Source of the DNA: Saprolegnia diclina VS20 | Taxonomy: Eukaryota | Reading direction: 5' to 3' | DNA: 64,000 nucleotides | NCBI RefSeq assembly: GCF_000281045.1 | Contig: NW_008246081.1 | Location: forward strand, 117,838-181,837 | Part shown: one piece after another, positions 50,901 to 62,732 of the stretch | Layout of the letters: the number at the start of each line of letters is the position of its first letter | Position numbering within the stretch: position 1 is the stretch's first letter | Notes under the pieces: model-generated | Told to the model about the DNA's origin: nothing | The model's input: the letters and a program-made list of their open reading frames with translations, nothing else | The model's database searches: none | Program-made: the position numbers and the translations under genes

Positions 50901-53900
50901 CTCTGCTGCCACGCAAGCACAGGCTGCCCGCCGTACACCTGCCACGTCGGAAACGTGTGGCCGCTGGCGGCGGCAAGTGGCAACGTCCCGTCGATGCGCG
51001 TCCACGACGGCGTGAGAACGTTGCCGTTCCACACCGAGAGGCGGAGTGTCCAGAGACCCGATGCCTGAAGCTCAGCCCATGCCACGTACAGCTTACCGTT
51101 GAAAGCGACGGTCGCGGCGCCCTTGGCGTCGAACGCGGCGTTCACGTTGAGCCCCGTCAGAGTCAGGAGCGTCCACGATGGCGCTGTCACAACGCCGTTG
51201 AAGGCGGCCGCGTAAAGCTGGAAGGCATTCCCGTTCGTCTCGTGCCACGCACAAACAAGCTGCGCGCCGAGGGTAGCGCACGCCAGTCCGTCGGCAGCTT
51301 TGGTGGCGTCAACATTAAGCCCCGCGCCGGTCTCGAGACGCGTCCAAAGCGGCAGTGCTGGGTTCGAACTCGACAGCTTGACCCGAAGCACGGGGCCTTC
51401 GGTCCAGCCGACAACGATGGCGTCGCCGAATGCCGTTGCGACAACGTTGACAGCATCGGTCGCAGGGTTCAAATTGAGTCCAAAGTCGTTCCAGCAGCGC
51501 AGTGCATTCGAGTCGCTAAGGGTGATGCGGGACGCTGCGTCACCGGCCTGGACGGTGTAGGTGAAGTAGACGTTGTTGGCGTCGACGCTCGCAAAGAGAG
51601 CTGGCTGGTCGCCATTGGGGTTGCCCGTGGCAAGCCATAGACGCGGCGCCCCGGGAACGACGACAGGGTCGGTGAATTCGACAACCGCGGTGACGACGGC
51701 TCCAAGAGGGTACAGACCGTCGATGGAGACACCACGAACGGCCAAGACATCGACTTGCTCACTTAGCACGGGCAGGTGACGGTCGAGTGCCAACGTCGGC
51801 TGCACGACCAAGCATGCAGCACGCGCCGTCGCGGTCGACTGGATCGTCGTCCCCGCCGTCAGCGTTACCACATAGATCGTTGCAACATCGACACGCGTCG
51901 TGGCATCCCCAAGGCCGACGATGTAGCGGAAGAGAAGCGTGGTCGAGCCCGACCCCGAGACGAACACGGCTGTTCCAACGTTCAGCGCAACGACCGGCGC
52001 CCCTGCCACATCCACGGCCTCGGTAAATGCCACGAGCACATCCAGGTTGTCACCGACACGAAACAACGTCGCGGTCGCCGACGCCAACACGACGCTCGTG
52101 ATGGAGGGTGCGAGCGGGTCGACTCGAATCTGGCCAACGAGCAGGGACGGCAGCGTCAACACGGCGCGCAACCGAGGATTCGCCGAGAGCCGACACACCG
52201 AGACGAGCGCGTTGGGCATGCGAATGGCATCGGCGCCGAGAACGCCAAACGCAGGAGCGGCGTCCGTCGGCATCGTCGTCAGTGCAAACGTCAGCGTCGG
52301 TGTCCCACTGCCACTCACGTACGTAGCAAATCGGTCGATGCCCGTGTTTACGAGCACGCGGGGCGTCCCAAGCCCGACGACGGCCACAGGATACGAAAAC
52401 GTGATCAGCAATGCGATGGTTTGCCCTGGGCCGTACACGCCGTCGCGGTTCGTCGTCGTCACGGCAACGACGACGGGGGCGGTGGCGTCGACGATGAGAG
52501 CCGCATTCGCATCGAGACTGTTGATGCTGCCGAGCGCCGGTAGATCCGGCGTCACGTTCGTCGTCGGTGTCGTTGAGAGCCGCCGGATGCTGGCACCCAG
52601 CGGAAAGACCAAATCGGAAACCGTGGCCAAGTCCGCGGACGCGTCGCCGATTTGCACCACGTACTGAAACTGCAGAGTCTGCGACGTCGACCCACCGACG
52701 TACGTTGCCAGCTGATACCCCGGAGCTAAAATTCTCAGCAACGGCGACGCACCGTTCGTTCGGGTCGCCACCGGGGGCCCCGTGTACGCTTCGGCCATCG
52801 TCACATATGGAGCCAAAACGCTCAGTACCGTGAAGAGCTGACCGCCGATCGAGACGCGACAGCCCGTCGAGAGCGACGAGAGGTCGAGTTCGCTGGGAAG
52901 CGTAAACACATGGGCATCGCCGTTCGTGGGTACGGTCTCGACTACAAACCCGGGAAAGAGGTCGGTGAACCCTGTATTCAATTGAAACACTGGCGTGCCG
53001 ACGACCGACACAGGACGCGAGAACGTCACGGCCAGCTGCACGACGTCGCCCGCCGTGTACGCACCGGCAGGCGACAGTGCGAAGACGGACGTCACGTACG
53101 GCGATGTCGTGTCGATAACTAGGTTTTTGGTCACAAAGAGACTGCCTGGGCGTCCGTTGATCGGCAGCGTGACGTTCGCGTCGGTCGTCGGCGACGTCGA
53201 GAGTCGGCGAATGCTGTCGCCGGCGTGGAGCACAAGTGACGTCGGCGACACGTACGTGAGATCGAGCGACGTGTGGCCAGGGCCGACCACATACTGCGCG
53301 ACGAGGACCGTGCCGCCGTCCACCCGCACGATCGGACACGGGGCCGTGTTGACCCCTGTGGCAAGCACCAAGAACGGTGCACCGGTGTACGCGATCGGCA
53401 CCGACATCACGATCCCAATTTCGATGAGCTGCCCGACGCCGTAGATACCATTAGGCGTCGACGAGCTCACACTGAGGACGACGGGCGTGCTCGTATTCAC
53501 GACGATCGCAGCGTTGACGCCGAGGCTGGACGTGCCGCCTGTGGCCCACGCGGGTGGCCGCCCCGGCACCGGGAGCTTCGTGTTGGCGCCAATCGTCGTA
53601 CCGTGGTTGCACATCGAATCGCCCGAGTGCAAGAGTAGCGCGTCGGTGCCCGCGTACTCGAGGTCGTCGGTAGCATCCCCGGGTTGTACGACGTAGCGAA
53701 ACCGGACAACGGTCGCGCCCGCACCGAGAAACGTCGCGGTCCGGTCGACGACGCAGACGCCGGCTTGGACTTCAGTCGCCACCGGCGATAAAAGCACGGG
53801 GAATGTGTGGTGCACAAGCGTCTTGTTGCTGCCACCCGTGTTGCGTGCGTCTGTCGTGAGCAGTGGCAGGTCGCCATCGACGCCAGCAAAGTTCACGCGG

Positions 53901-54575
53901 TCAAATGTCACAACGACGTTCGTGCCACGGAACGAGCACGCCGAGACGCCAGCGTCGAAGACCACGGTGACCTCTGCGATGCACGTGAGCCGTCGCAAGT
54001 ACTCGCGCAGCACAGACGGCGTCGCATTGTACGGCACGTTGGTCACCGCCTGTCCGTTGAACGCAATGGCAAAGGCGCCTAGAGTGCAGCATGCGCGAGA
54101 GGACACGAGAGGCACGGAGCAGTTGTACCTGACGTCGCCCGGCAAAAGAAGGTTTGGATCTCGGGGACTCGACACGCCGGCGAATGGCACCCAGTGCGCA
54201 GGATGAGCCCGGGCGACCCGACAACATCGATGGCGCTGTTGAATTGCACGCTGATGTCGATGACCTCGCCGACGCCTACGGCGCCGTCGGCGTGCGACGT
54301 TGTCACGGACACGACTTTGGCCGGCGCGTTGCTATTGACAGCCATAATGATGGGCGGGACTGTGATTGGCAGCTGCAGCTCGCGCCCGGCGGGGATCGCG
54401 AGGTCGGCTTCGAGCCGGATGTTCTGTCGCAGCATTCGTCAGTGGCCCATGCGCCGCCAGCGTAGCGTACCTGGACGGCGCCGACATTGCCAATCGAGTT
54501 GACGTACGCAGCGCGGGGCACGGCGGCGTCGCCTCGGGCGGCGAGTGGCAGGAGCAGCCACGCGAGGATCCGCAT
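38935..54575 (-). CDS. Giant (~5,100 aa) secreted multidomain adhesin/lectin-like protein: ~20 bacterial-adhesin-like beta-sandwich repeats, beta-propeller-like arrays, 2 YHYH-like domains, F-type lectin-like, P-domain-like, EF-hand
   Basis: Signal peptide MRILAWLLLPLAARG. Seven GT-AG introns (54424-54470, 54079-54128, 42755-42803, 41275-41321, 40898-40946, 40470-40513, 39587-39638) give 15,303 nt = 5,101 codons in one frame. Includes an 11.3-kb exon. Confidence 0.88.
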
Positions 54576-54728
54576 GCTACCCGTTTTGGTTTTGGATCTC
54601 TCTGAAATTCAGCGCGTCTCGATGGGGATTGGTCGCCGACCGGATATTTGGCCAATCAGATCGCTTCCTAACGGGCCCAGAGGCGCTGTGTATAAATTAC
54701 AAAGCACCTCTTTGTACGCCGACCGCGC
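54576..54728. promoter_or_regulatory. Compact bidirectional promoter region
   Basis: 153 bp between divergent ATGs. CCAAT boxes on both strands (GATTGG ~54627, GCCAATC ~54651) and TATAAAT at 54691. Confidence 0.5.
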
Positions 54729-57700
54729 ATGCTCTGCGGGATCATCGGCCACTGCTTCGCCCATGACCTGCCGTCGCCCACGGCCGACGTCAAGCGCGCG
54801 CTGCGGCCCGGCCTTGGGACGAGCCTCTCGCACTTCGACCTCGCCGGCGACGACGCCAGCGGCCTCACCTCAGTCTCGGACGAGAAGGTGATCGTCGAGG
54901 TGCGTGTCGACACGCGGGGCGGGCCCATGGACTTTGGCGTCGTGTTTCGCCGGTCGCCATTGAGCGTGCATGCAGCGTACGCGTGCCAAGTCGACTCGGT
55001 GAACCCCAAGTCGAGCGCCAAGGAGGCCGGTGTCCAGCCCGGCGCTATCTTGACCGACGTCGCGCTTCAGTCGATGAAGACTGTCCCATACGACGAGGTG
55101 CTGCAAATTCTCTTGCAGCGGTCCAACCTCCAAGCGCCAGGCTCATCGCTCCAGCTCGTGTTCGCCCAACGCGCCAAGACGATCCACCTGGACCGTAACG
55201 TCGACCACCTTACGCAGTTTCCGCAGCCGACTGGCCTCGCGCTGCCCGGTACGAACGAGTTTGTCATGGACAAGAGCGAAGGCTCAGTGAGCGCCGCGTC
55301 CATCTCGGCCACGCCGCATGCCACCGACGCGTTCACCGGCGACGCGCTCGACGACACGAGCCACGCCGTGTCTATGACGCGCTTTTGGATGTCGGACCAG
55401 CACGTCAAGGCGTGCTATGCGTGCGACCTGCCGTTCTCGTTCTGCCGCCGGAAACACCACTGCCGGTCCTGCGGTCAGATCTTTTGCTACCAGTGCTGTA
55501 CGCGCCTCTCGGCGTCGTTCAAGCCGCCCCACGACGCCGCGCAGTACCTCCGCAAGCAGCTCGTGTGCCACCCGTGTCACCGGCACTTGCGCGACGGCGC
55601 CGATGCCGTCGTTCCAAGCGTGCGGCCGGCCTTGCCGCCGCCGACGAAACCGCCGACCGCCAAGCGCCCGTCGTCGACCAACGTAGGTAAGGTATCGACG
55701 TCGCCGACAACAGCGCCGCTCGCGGTGGCCTCTCGTGCGCTCGACAGCAGCGGCCGCACCCACGACTCGACGGCGGCCAACTCGCTCGTCGACGACGCGA
55801 CCGCGAGTTTGGAGCGAAGCAAGGTGGATCTGCACCTCTTCTCAATGTTTCCGCGCGTCCAACTGGTGCCAATGGCGGTGCCGGCGCCGATCGTCACCAA
55901 CGTCAGCAACGAGTCGGAGTTTGTCGTGCCGTTGCGCCGCCGCGCCGAGAGCGAGCCGAGTCTCTCTGCGATCGTGCGCAAGTCCCAACCGTCGTACCTT
56001 GCTGCCTCCAGCAACCACGCGGCGGGCCAGCGCCCGCGCTCCAACAGTCGCGACGACCTTTACACGTACCGCCAACCGACCAACGTCGTCCGCAGCACGC
56101 GGTCGGCGACCGAGCTCATGGTCGAGGCGCTCATGCTGTCGTCGGGCGACCGCTCGCTGCCGTCGACGTCGTTGGCGCCGCCCGTGACGACGACGCCGGC
56201 GCTCCTGCTGCACACGAGCTCGTCGGCGTCGCTGCTCTCGCTGACGCCCAGCATCCACCTCGGGCACGCGTGCCAACTCGACGCCGACGTGCCCGGGCTC
56301 TTGGACGCGGTCGCAGCGACCAAGGCGGCGATGAAGTCGGACGCCGACCAGTGGCTGCACGAGCGCATTCTCCAGCTCTGGGAAGCGTCGCCGGTCCTCA
56401 CGCAGCTCCCGTACCTCGAGCAGAGTCAGTTCGTCGACCGCATTTTCGAGTTTGCGACACGCGCCGCGGTCACGATCGACGTCGGCGACTCGCTCGACAT
56501 TTTGCATTACCTTCGCGTCAAATGCTTTCCGGGCGGCCACGTCAGCGACAGCTTCTTCGTGCACGGCGTGCTCTGCCACAAGGCGGTCGCGCGCAAGTCG
56601 ATGCGACAGTGGATCGAGTCGCCGCGGCTGCTGCTCGTCGCGTCGTCGCTCGACTACCAGCGCGAGAAGGAGAAGCTCTCGAGTCTCGAAAGCGTTGCGG
56701 GCCAAGAGACCGAGTACATGCGCATCGCGGTCGAGAAGATTCGGACGCTGCGCCCGGACATTGTGCTCTTTCAAGGCCACGTGCACCGGGTCGCCGAAGA
56801 GCTCTTGGCGAGCAGCGGCATCGTCATTGTCAAGAACCTCAAGCGCGCGGACCTCGAGCGGCTCTCGCGCGTCACGGGCGCCGCGCTCTTGACGTCGTAC
56901 GACCATGTCGACAAGCTCTTTGGCGCGACCGTTCTCGGAACGTGCGACCGGTTCCGCGTCTGGAGCAGCGAAGTGCCCAAGATGCACGTCGACGACGTCA
57001 GTGCGCTGCCGAGCCACCTCGCGACGACGCACGTGACGACGGCGCTCCGGGGCGCCAAGCATTTGGCGCCCATCGCTCGCAAGCGCACCAAGAAGCAGTG
57101 CATTGTGTTTGAAGGCGGCGCGTACGCCAAGGGCTGCACGATCGCGCTCCGGGGCGCCGCGGAAAACGTGCTCAAAGAGGTCCGCTTGATTCTGCGCAAC
57201 GTGGTGCGCACCGCGTACCACGTCCGCCTCCAGACTATGGTGCTCGCAACGTCCGGGCTCGTGCCGCCGGTTGACGTCACGGCCGACTTTCGTCACGAGT
57301 GGTTCCACGCGTCGAGCTCGATGTACTTGGCGCTCAACGACCACTCACTCTCAATGCGCGCGGCGCTCAAGGAGTCGCAGATGCGCTGTCGCCACTGCAA
57401 GCGGCTCTCGGGGCGCCGCACGAACGGCATTGCGACCGGCATGGACAACCTCGTGTCGCGCCGCCGACGGAGCTCGGACTCGGGCCGTTTGGTCAAGAAG
57501 CAAGTGCTCATTAGCGCGTGCCGGTGCCCGAGCGACGTGCACGGCGCGAACCGAGACACGCTGCTGCTCTCGGCGTGCTGGAGCCGCCTCGACGACCAGA
57601 GCCCGTCGCCGTCCGAGTTGGTCGAAATCGCGTTCTACACAGATGCCGACTGCACGCTAGGGCAGTTTCTGCACCGGTACTGCTTCGAGTCGGCGTCGGC

Positions 57701-60150
57701 GCCGTTCAAGACGGCGTTCCGGACGCAGCGGCTCTCGTTTTCGCACGATCTGGGGCGCGTCCTCATCACCGTGTCGCCGACCAACACGAAGGGCAAGGCG
57801 CGGGGCCCGGGCCAAGAGCTGCTCGAAATGTTCAACTTTGCGACGCGCGTTGTGCAGAGTCCGACGCCGCTCATGTGGGTGGCCACCGAGGCGTCGCCGT
57901 CGCCCATCTACACGGCCGTGCCGCCCGAGATGCTTCACTACTCGTTTGGCAAGTATGTGGAAGACCTGCTGTATCTGCAGCCATTGGCGCATGACCCGCG
58001 CTTCTTCCCGCACCTCCCGCACGCCCGGGACCCGAGTTTGCTGCGGTACTTTGCGTGCGCGGACGTGATTGTGTGCATCGCGGTCGAGCCGATCCACCCG
58101 GTGCTCCATGTGGCGATGCGGCCGGGGCTCTACGATGTCGACGACCAGCGCAGCAGCATCGACGCGGCCGACATTGAGGAGCTCGTGCTCGTCGCCAACA
58201 GCGTTCTCGACGTGACGCTCACCAAGGTGCAGGCGACGCTCGACGACCTCGTCGCGATTGGCGAGAAGAAGCACTTGGACTCGCATGCGTGGCCGCTGGA
58301 GCGGCTGCAGGAGATTGAGAACATGGGCCAGATTGCGCGCCACTGGCACATTATGTACACGACGCAGGTGCGCCGGCAGCCGCCCGCCGACGTCTTTGCC
58401 AAGCACGCGCTCTTCCGCAAGGCGTACGAGCGCGCGGCGCGCTTCTGCGTCGAGTTGCGTCAGGCGTCGAACAAAGTGACGTTCAAGCAAACCGAAGTCG
58501 TCGACGACCCGCCGCCGATGACGCTGCCGATGCAGTGGTTTGACATTCTCTCGGCGCAAATGCAGCAAGAGCAGCCGCCGGCGTCGGCCTTTGGCATTCC
58601 GCTGCCGTCCCCGCACGCGTTTGCGAGTTTGCACAAGTCGCCGCCAATGGACATTCACCGCCCACCGATCGACTCGGCGGCCAGTCAGCGCGATTTCGTG
58701 TCGCGCCTCACAGCAACGGAGAGCATGACCGCCAACAGTGTCAGCAACATTTACTCGACCTACGGCGGGGCGGTGGCGTTCCCGGACGAGTCCATGGTGG
58801 ACATTGAAGGCAGCCACGACGGGTCGACGCTCTCGTCGCAGTCGCTCAATCGGACCCAAGTCGTCGGGTCGAACGCGCTCGTCAAGAAGTCGAGTAGCTC
58901 GGGCGACCAGTCGCACCTCTTTGTCCTACCAAAGAGCATCCTGAGCTGGCACCCGAGCTTGCCGCGGGGCGTGAACCAAACCGTCGTGCTCGTGAACGCC
59001 AGCCAGCCGACGTCGGCGGTCGCGTACTCGCTCTGCTCGAAAGAGTACATCCAGCAGCGCAACGAGTGGTTCGCCAAGCAAGACCCACCGGTGCTGCTCG
59101 TCCTCGACTCGAACGTCAGCGGCATGCTCCGCGCTCTGCGTTCGGACAAGCGCTCGAACGTCGACCACCTCTTTGTGGACGAAAATGAGTTTCAGGCCGC
59201 GACCAGGTTTAGCTGCAAGTCGTACTACGCGTCGCAGTTCCACGCGCTGCGGCAGCTGCTCTACAAGGACGAGCGCAAGTACATCGAGTCGATGTGCCAG
59301 TGCGAGCACTGGAACGCGAGCGGCGGCAAGTCGGGCGCCGGCTTTATGCGCACCAAGGTAGTATTCTTTCAATGTATCAAGTGGACGACGCTCCGAATAT
59401 TGGATAGGACCAACGCTTCATCTGCAAGGTGATTCCGTCCAATCAGCTCACGATGTTCCTCAACATGGCCTCGAGCTACTTTGAGTACATGGCCACGTCG
59501 ATCGAAGAGAACCTGCCGAGCATGCTGGGCAAGATTGTCGGCGTCTACCGCATCACGATGACGGTACGCGTGTCGATGACGATGAACGAGCTTTTGCTGA
59601 TGAGGATGATGCGTAGGAGACGACCGAGACGGCGCTGTGCTTGCTCGTCATGGAGAACCTCGTGTACGGGCGGACAGTGGACCACCTCTTTGACCTCAAG
59701 GGCAAGCTCGAAGGTCGGTTCATGGAGCACACGGACCACCAAGTGCTGTGGGACCGCAACTTTGTCAAGATGACGAGAGGCATTCCGCTGCCGCTGCAAG
59801 AGTCGGCGATGGGTCTCTTGAAGTCGGCTATTTTCCACGACACGGCGTTCCTTGCGAGCCAGGACGTGACCGACTACTCGCTCCTCGTCGGCTACGACCA
59901 CGACAAGCAAGAAATCGTCGCTGGCATCATCGACTACATTGCGAAGTACGACTTTCTCAAGCGCCTCGAGCACCACGGGAAGCGGCTGCTCCAGGACGAA
60001 GGCGAGATCACGGTCCTCAACCCCAAGCAGTACACGAAGCGCTTCCGCACTGCGATGGCCAAGTACTTTACGGCCGTGCCGTCGCGCTACACGCTCGCGA
60101 CGCGCGCCGAGTCGGCCATGGACGACGACACCAAAGCGGCAGCCTCGTAG
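54729..60150 (+). CDS. PIKFYVE: 1-phosphatidylinositol-3-phosphate 5-kinase FAB1/PIKfyve with extra N-terminal PDZ-like domain
   Basis: FYVE FWMSD..CYAC..RRKHHCRSCGQIFC. Cpn60/TCP1-like region (PGGHVSDSFFVHGV, KGCTIALRG). PIPK motifs GGKSGAGF, MENL, FDLKG, DYSLLVG, GIIDY. Introns 59358-59407 and 59564-59616. Confidence 0.93.
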
Positions 60151-60238
60151 ATGTCGCCTTTGAATATGAGTCTCTTACCAACACAAGCAGCACGAAGCTT
60201 TATTCAGTTTCGGAAGATCATTCGAGTCGTGTACGCGG

Positions 60239-60534
60239 CTAGGTGCAATCGGCAACGATCCGCTGCAAAGTTGATGACGATGTTGATGCCACCGAGTAGC
60301 TCAATCCCAAGCGAACTGCACACAGCGACAACCCCACAGGGAGGAGAGACAGGGACAGGATGTGTTGTCGTCATCTGCGTCTGATTGGCTCGTCGTACCC
60401 AGATTGCACCTAACGTCCCGACGCAACGAAGCGACTTCGGCCAGCGTCCGCTGCTTGTCAATCACCACGTACCAGTAGCCGCCATGGACGCCAAGACTAA
60501 GACTAAGACCAGCAAGAACTCGGTCGAGGCTCAT
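60239..60534 (-). CDS. Candidate small single-TM protein (~70 aa)
   Basis: MSLDRVLAGLSLSLGVHGGYWYVVIDKQRTLAEVASLRRDV: a hydrophobic segment followed by a short helix. Possible intron 60316-60398. No recognisable homology. Confidence 0.25.
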
Positions 60535-60830
60535 CTGACGTCGTTCAACGATCCGGTTGGCGCTCGAGCCGCGCGGTTGTGGGCGCAAAATTTAAATCCG
60601 CGACCACAACCGCACGGCTCCGTCCGCTTGCTCTTGGTTTCAGTATGCCTCCCATATGGTTGGGCCCGTCGTCCTTTTTAGTTGGTCGCGTTTCATTGGC
60701 TCAGTCGACAACATCTGCCACTCAAACTCAACGATTGGTCGAGCTGGGAGAGAGTAATTGAGTTACATGTTTATGTCGAGATTTGTATGGGCATACCTCA
60801 AGAAAGTCAACTGATGGCCGAAAGCCAGCG

Positions 60831-60845
60831 TCATTTGGGGATTTG
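60831..60845 (+). promoter_or_regulatory. INR/FPR-like core promoter
   Basis: TCATTTGGGGATTTG immediately upstream of ATG 60848. Confidence 0.45.
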
Positions 60846-60847
60846 CC

Positions 60848-61975
60848 ATGTCGGACACCACGATCATCGTTGTCATCGTCGTCGTCGTCGTCGTCGCCGC
60901 CGTCGCCGCCTACTTCATCGTGCGGTCGTGCCGCAACAAGAAGGACCGGCTGCCGGACCACTACGTCAACCAGACGTCGCTCAACTCGACCGGCCGCACC
61001 GGCACGCTCCCGCGCCAGAACACGAGCAACGGCCTCGGCACAGGCCCGCGTGGCGGCGCCGACAAGAGTGGCCGCGGCAACCAAGCCCCGGCGCCGGTCG
61101 CGGACCCGACCGACAACCTCTTCCCGGAGCTCAAGCAGTACCGCATCGACCACAACGAAGTGCTCTTGACGCGTGCTATCTCGCGCGGTGCGTTCGGCGT
61201 CGTGTGGCTCGGCCACTACCACGGCCAGCCCGTGGCCATCAAGCGCATGATCGAGGGCGACGAAGAAGCCGTGCTCTTCTCCAAGGAGATTCAGACCATG
61301 GGCCGCCTTAGCCACCCGAAGATCGTCGAGTTCATTGGGTCGACGTGGACGTCGGGCTACGACCTCTCGGCGATCACCGAGTTTATGGACGGCGGTGACG
61401 TCCGCACGCTCTTGGAGAACACCAAGATCAACCTTACGTGGAAGAAGCAGAAGATCGGCATCGCCATCGACACAGCCGAAGCCCTCGCGTACCTCCACAG
61501 CCTCACGCCCAAGCTCATCCACCGCGATCTCAAGTCCAAGAACGTCTTGCTCACGTCCAACATGGTTGCCAAGCTCTCCGACTTTGGCTTGAGCCGCAAC
61601 CGCAGCTACGAAGAGACGTTGACGGCCGGTGTCGGCACGGTGCGCTGGACGGCGCCCGAAGTCATGCTTGGCGACATTTACTCGGAGATGGCGGACGTCT
61701 ACTCGTTCGGCGTCGTCCTCTCGGAGCTCGACACGCGTGAGATCCCGTTCGAGGACCAGAAGAGCTCCAAGGCCGGCGGTGCCCCCGACATGTCGATCGT
61801 CGTCAAGGTCGCGCGTGGCGAGCTGCGCCCGACGTTCTCGCCGACGTGCCCGCCGAGCATCCTCCAGGTCGCCAAGGCCTGCCTGCAGTTCGACCCGGCC
61901 CTCCGCCCGTCGAGCGCACGCCTCGTCGAGATGCTCCACCAAGCCAAGCTCGAATTGCTCCACACCGAAGAGTAA
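60848..61975 (+). CDS. TKL-family protein kinase with N-terminal signal-anchor/TM helix
   Basis: TM segment IIVVIVVVVVVAAVAAYFIV. Kinase motifs SRGAFGVV, VAIK, HRDLKSKN, DFG, GTVRWTAPE, DVYSFGVVL. Confidence 0.93.
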   Translation: MSDTTIIVVIVVVVVVAAVAAYFIVRSCRNKKDRLPDHYVNQTSLNSTGRTGTLPRQNTSNGLGTGPRGGADKSGRGNQAPAPVADPTDNLFPELKQYRIDHNEVLLTRAISRGAFGVVWLGHYHGQPVAIKRMIEGDEEAVLFSKEIQTMGRLSHPKIVEFIGSTWTSGYDLSAITEFMDGGDVRTLLENTKINLTWKKQKIGIAIDTAEALAYLHSLTPKLIHRDLKSKNVLLTSNMVAKLSDFGLSRNRSYEETLTAGVGTVRWTAPEVMLGDIYSEMADVYSFGVVLSELDTREIPFEDQKSSKAGGAPDMSIVVKVARGELRPTFSPTCPPSILQVAKACLQFDPALRPSSARLVEMLHQAKLELLHTEE

Positions 61976-62732
61976 CTTTTTTCGGAGCTGTTAATATTGT
62001 AGCGATGACTTATTTTTTGTATGCCATTCGCCGCACTGGATGTCAAATTCGAACGTGACGTGGCAGCGCGAGGGGCCAGAACGAGGTTGCAACGCACGAT
62101 GGCACGCGATGTGCAGGAGATCGAGCACATACACACTGCTGCGTCGAGGTTGGTAACGACGCGAAGAGGATCCGCGTCGCCCATCGCCCTCACGTAGCAA
62201 TAGGATCTGAGCGATCTCTTCGGCTTACTGCCCTCCAGATCTTCCTACCAGCAGCACCGGTAGGTAGTTCAGCTCTCGGTAGTAAACGTATACTAGAACC
62301 TCGGGTAGCGATCGCGATAGCTAACAGCGATGAGGCGCATCGCAGTGTACTTCCATGAGGAGTTCCGAGAAGCTCCACCGAGAGAGCTCATCGAGAGCTG
62401 GCCGCACGTCAACAGCCTAGGCTCTGGGGTACGAGGCATAATCAACAGGACGCACGAACCAACATCGGTGCCATTTGCCTCCAGCTCACTTTGGCTCCAC
62501 GCACCTGAACTGCACGAGGCTATATTCCTCCTCTGCAGCTCAGCGGACCCTCTCTTGCGCAAATAGGAGACATCCACAGATTTGCCGCACGACACGACGC
62601 GGGCGGACGGCATGCGGTCGAGACACAGTGTTTTGGTCAGAGCTCATACATAATTTGATTACTCTAGGACAGCGATTGAAAGTGCGACGTCATCGTCGAT
62701 TGCTACGCACAAGCGTCAGATCCGCCATCCGA

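Noticed and set aside
38935..54575. Bacterial contamination as the source of the giant gene
   Set aside because: Seven spliceosomal introns of the same style as neighbouring genes, and seamless flanking by eukaryotic genes.
3470..60150. Functional cluster for secretion of large surface proteins (TMEM131, STT3, tepsin-like, PIKfyve, giant protein)
   Set aside because: Interspersed with unrelated housekeeping genes; nothing in the sequence supports co-regulation.
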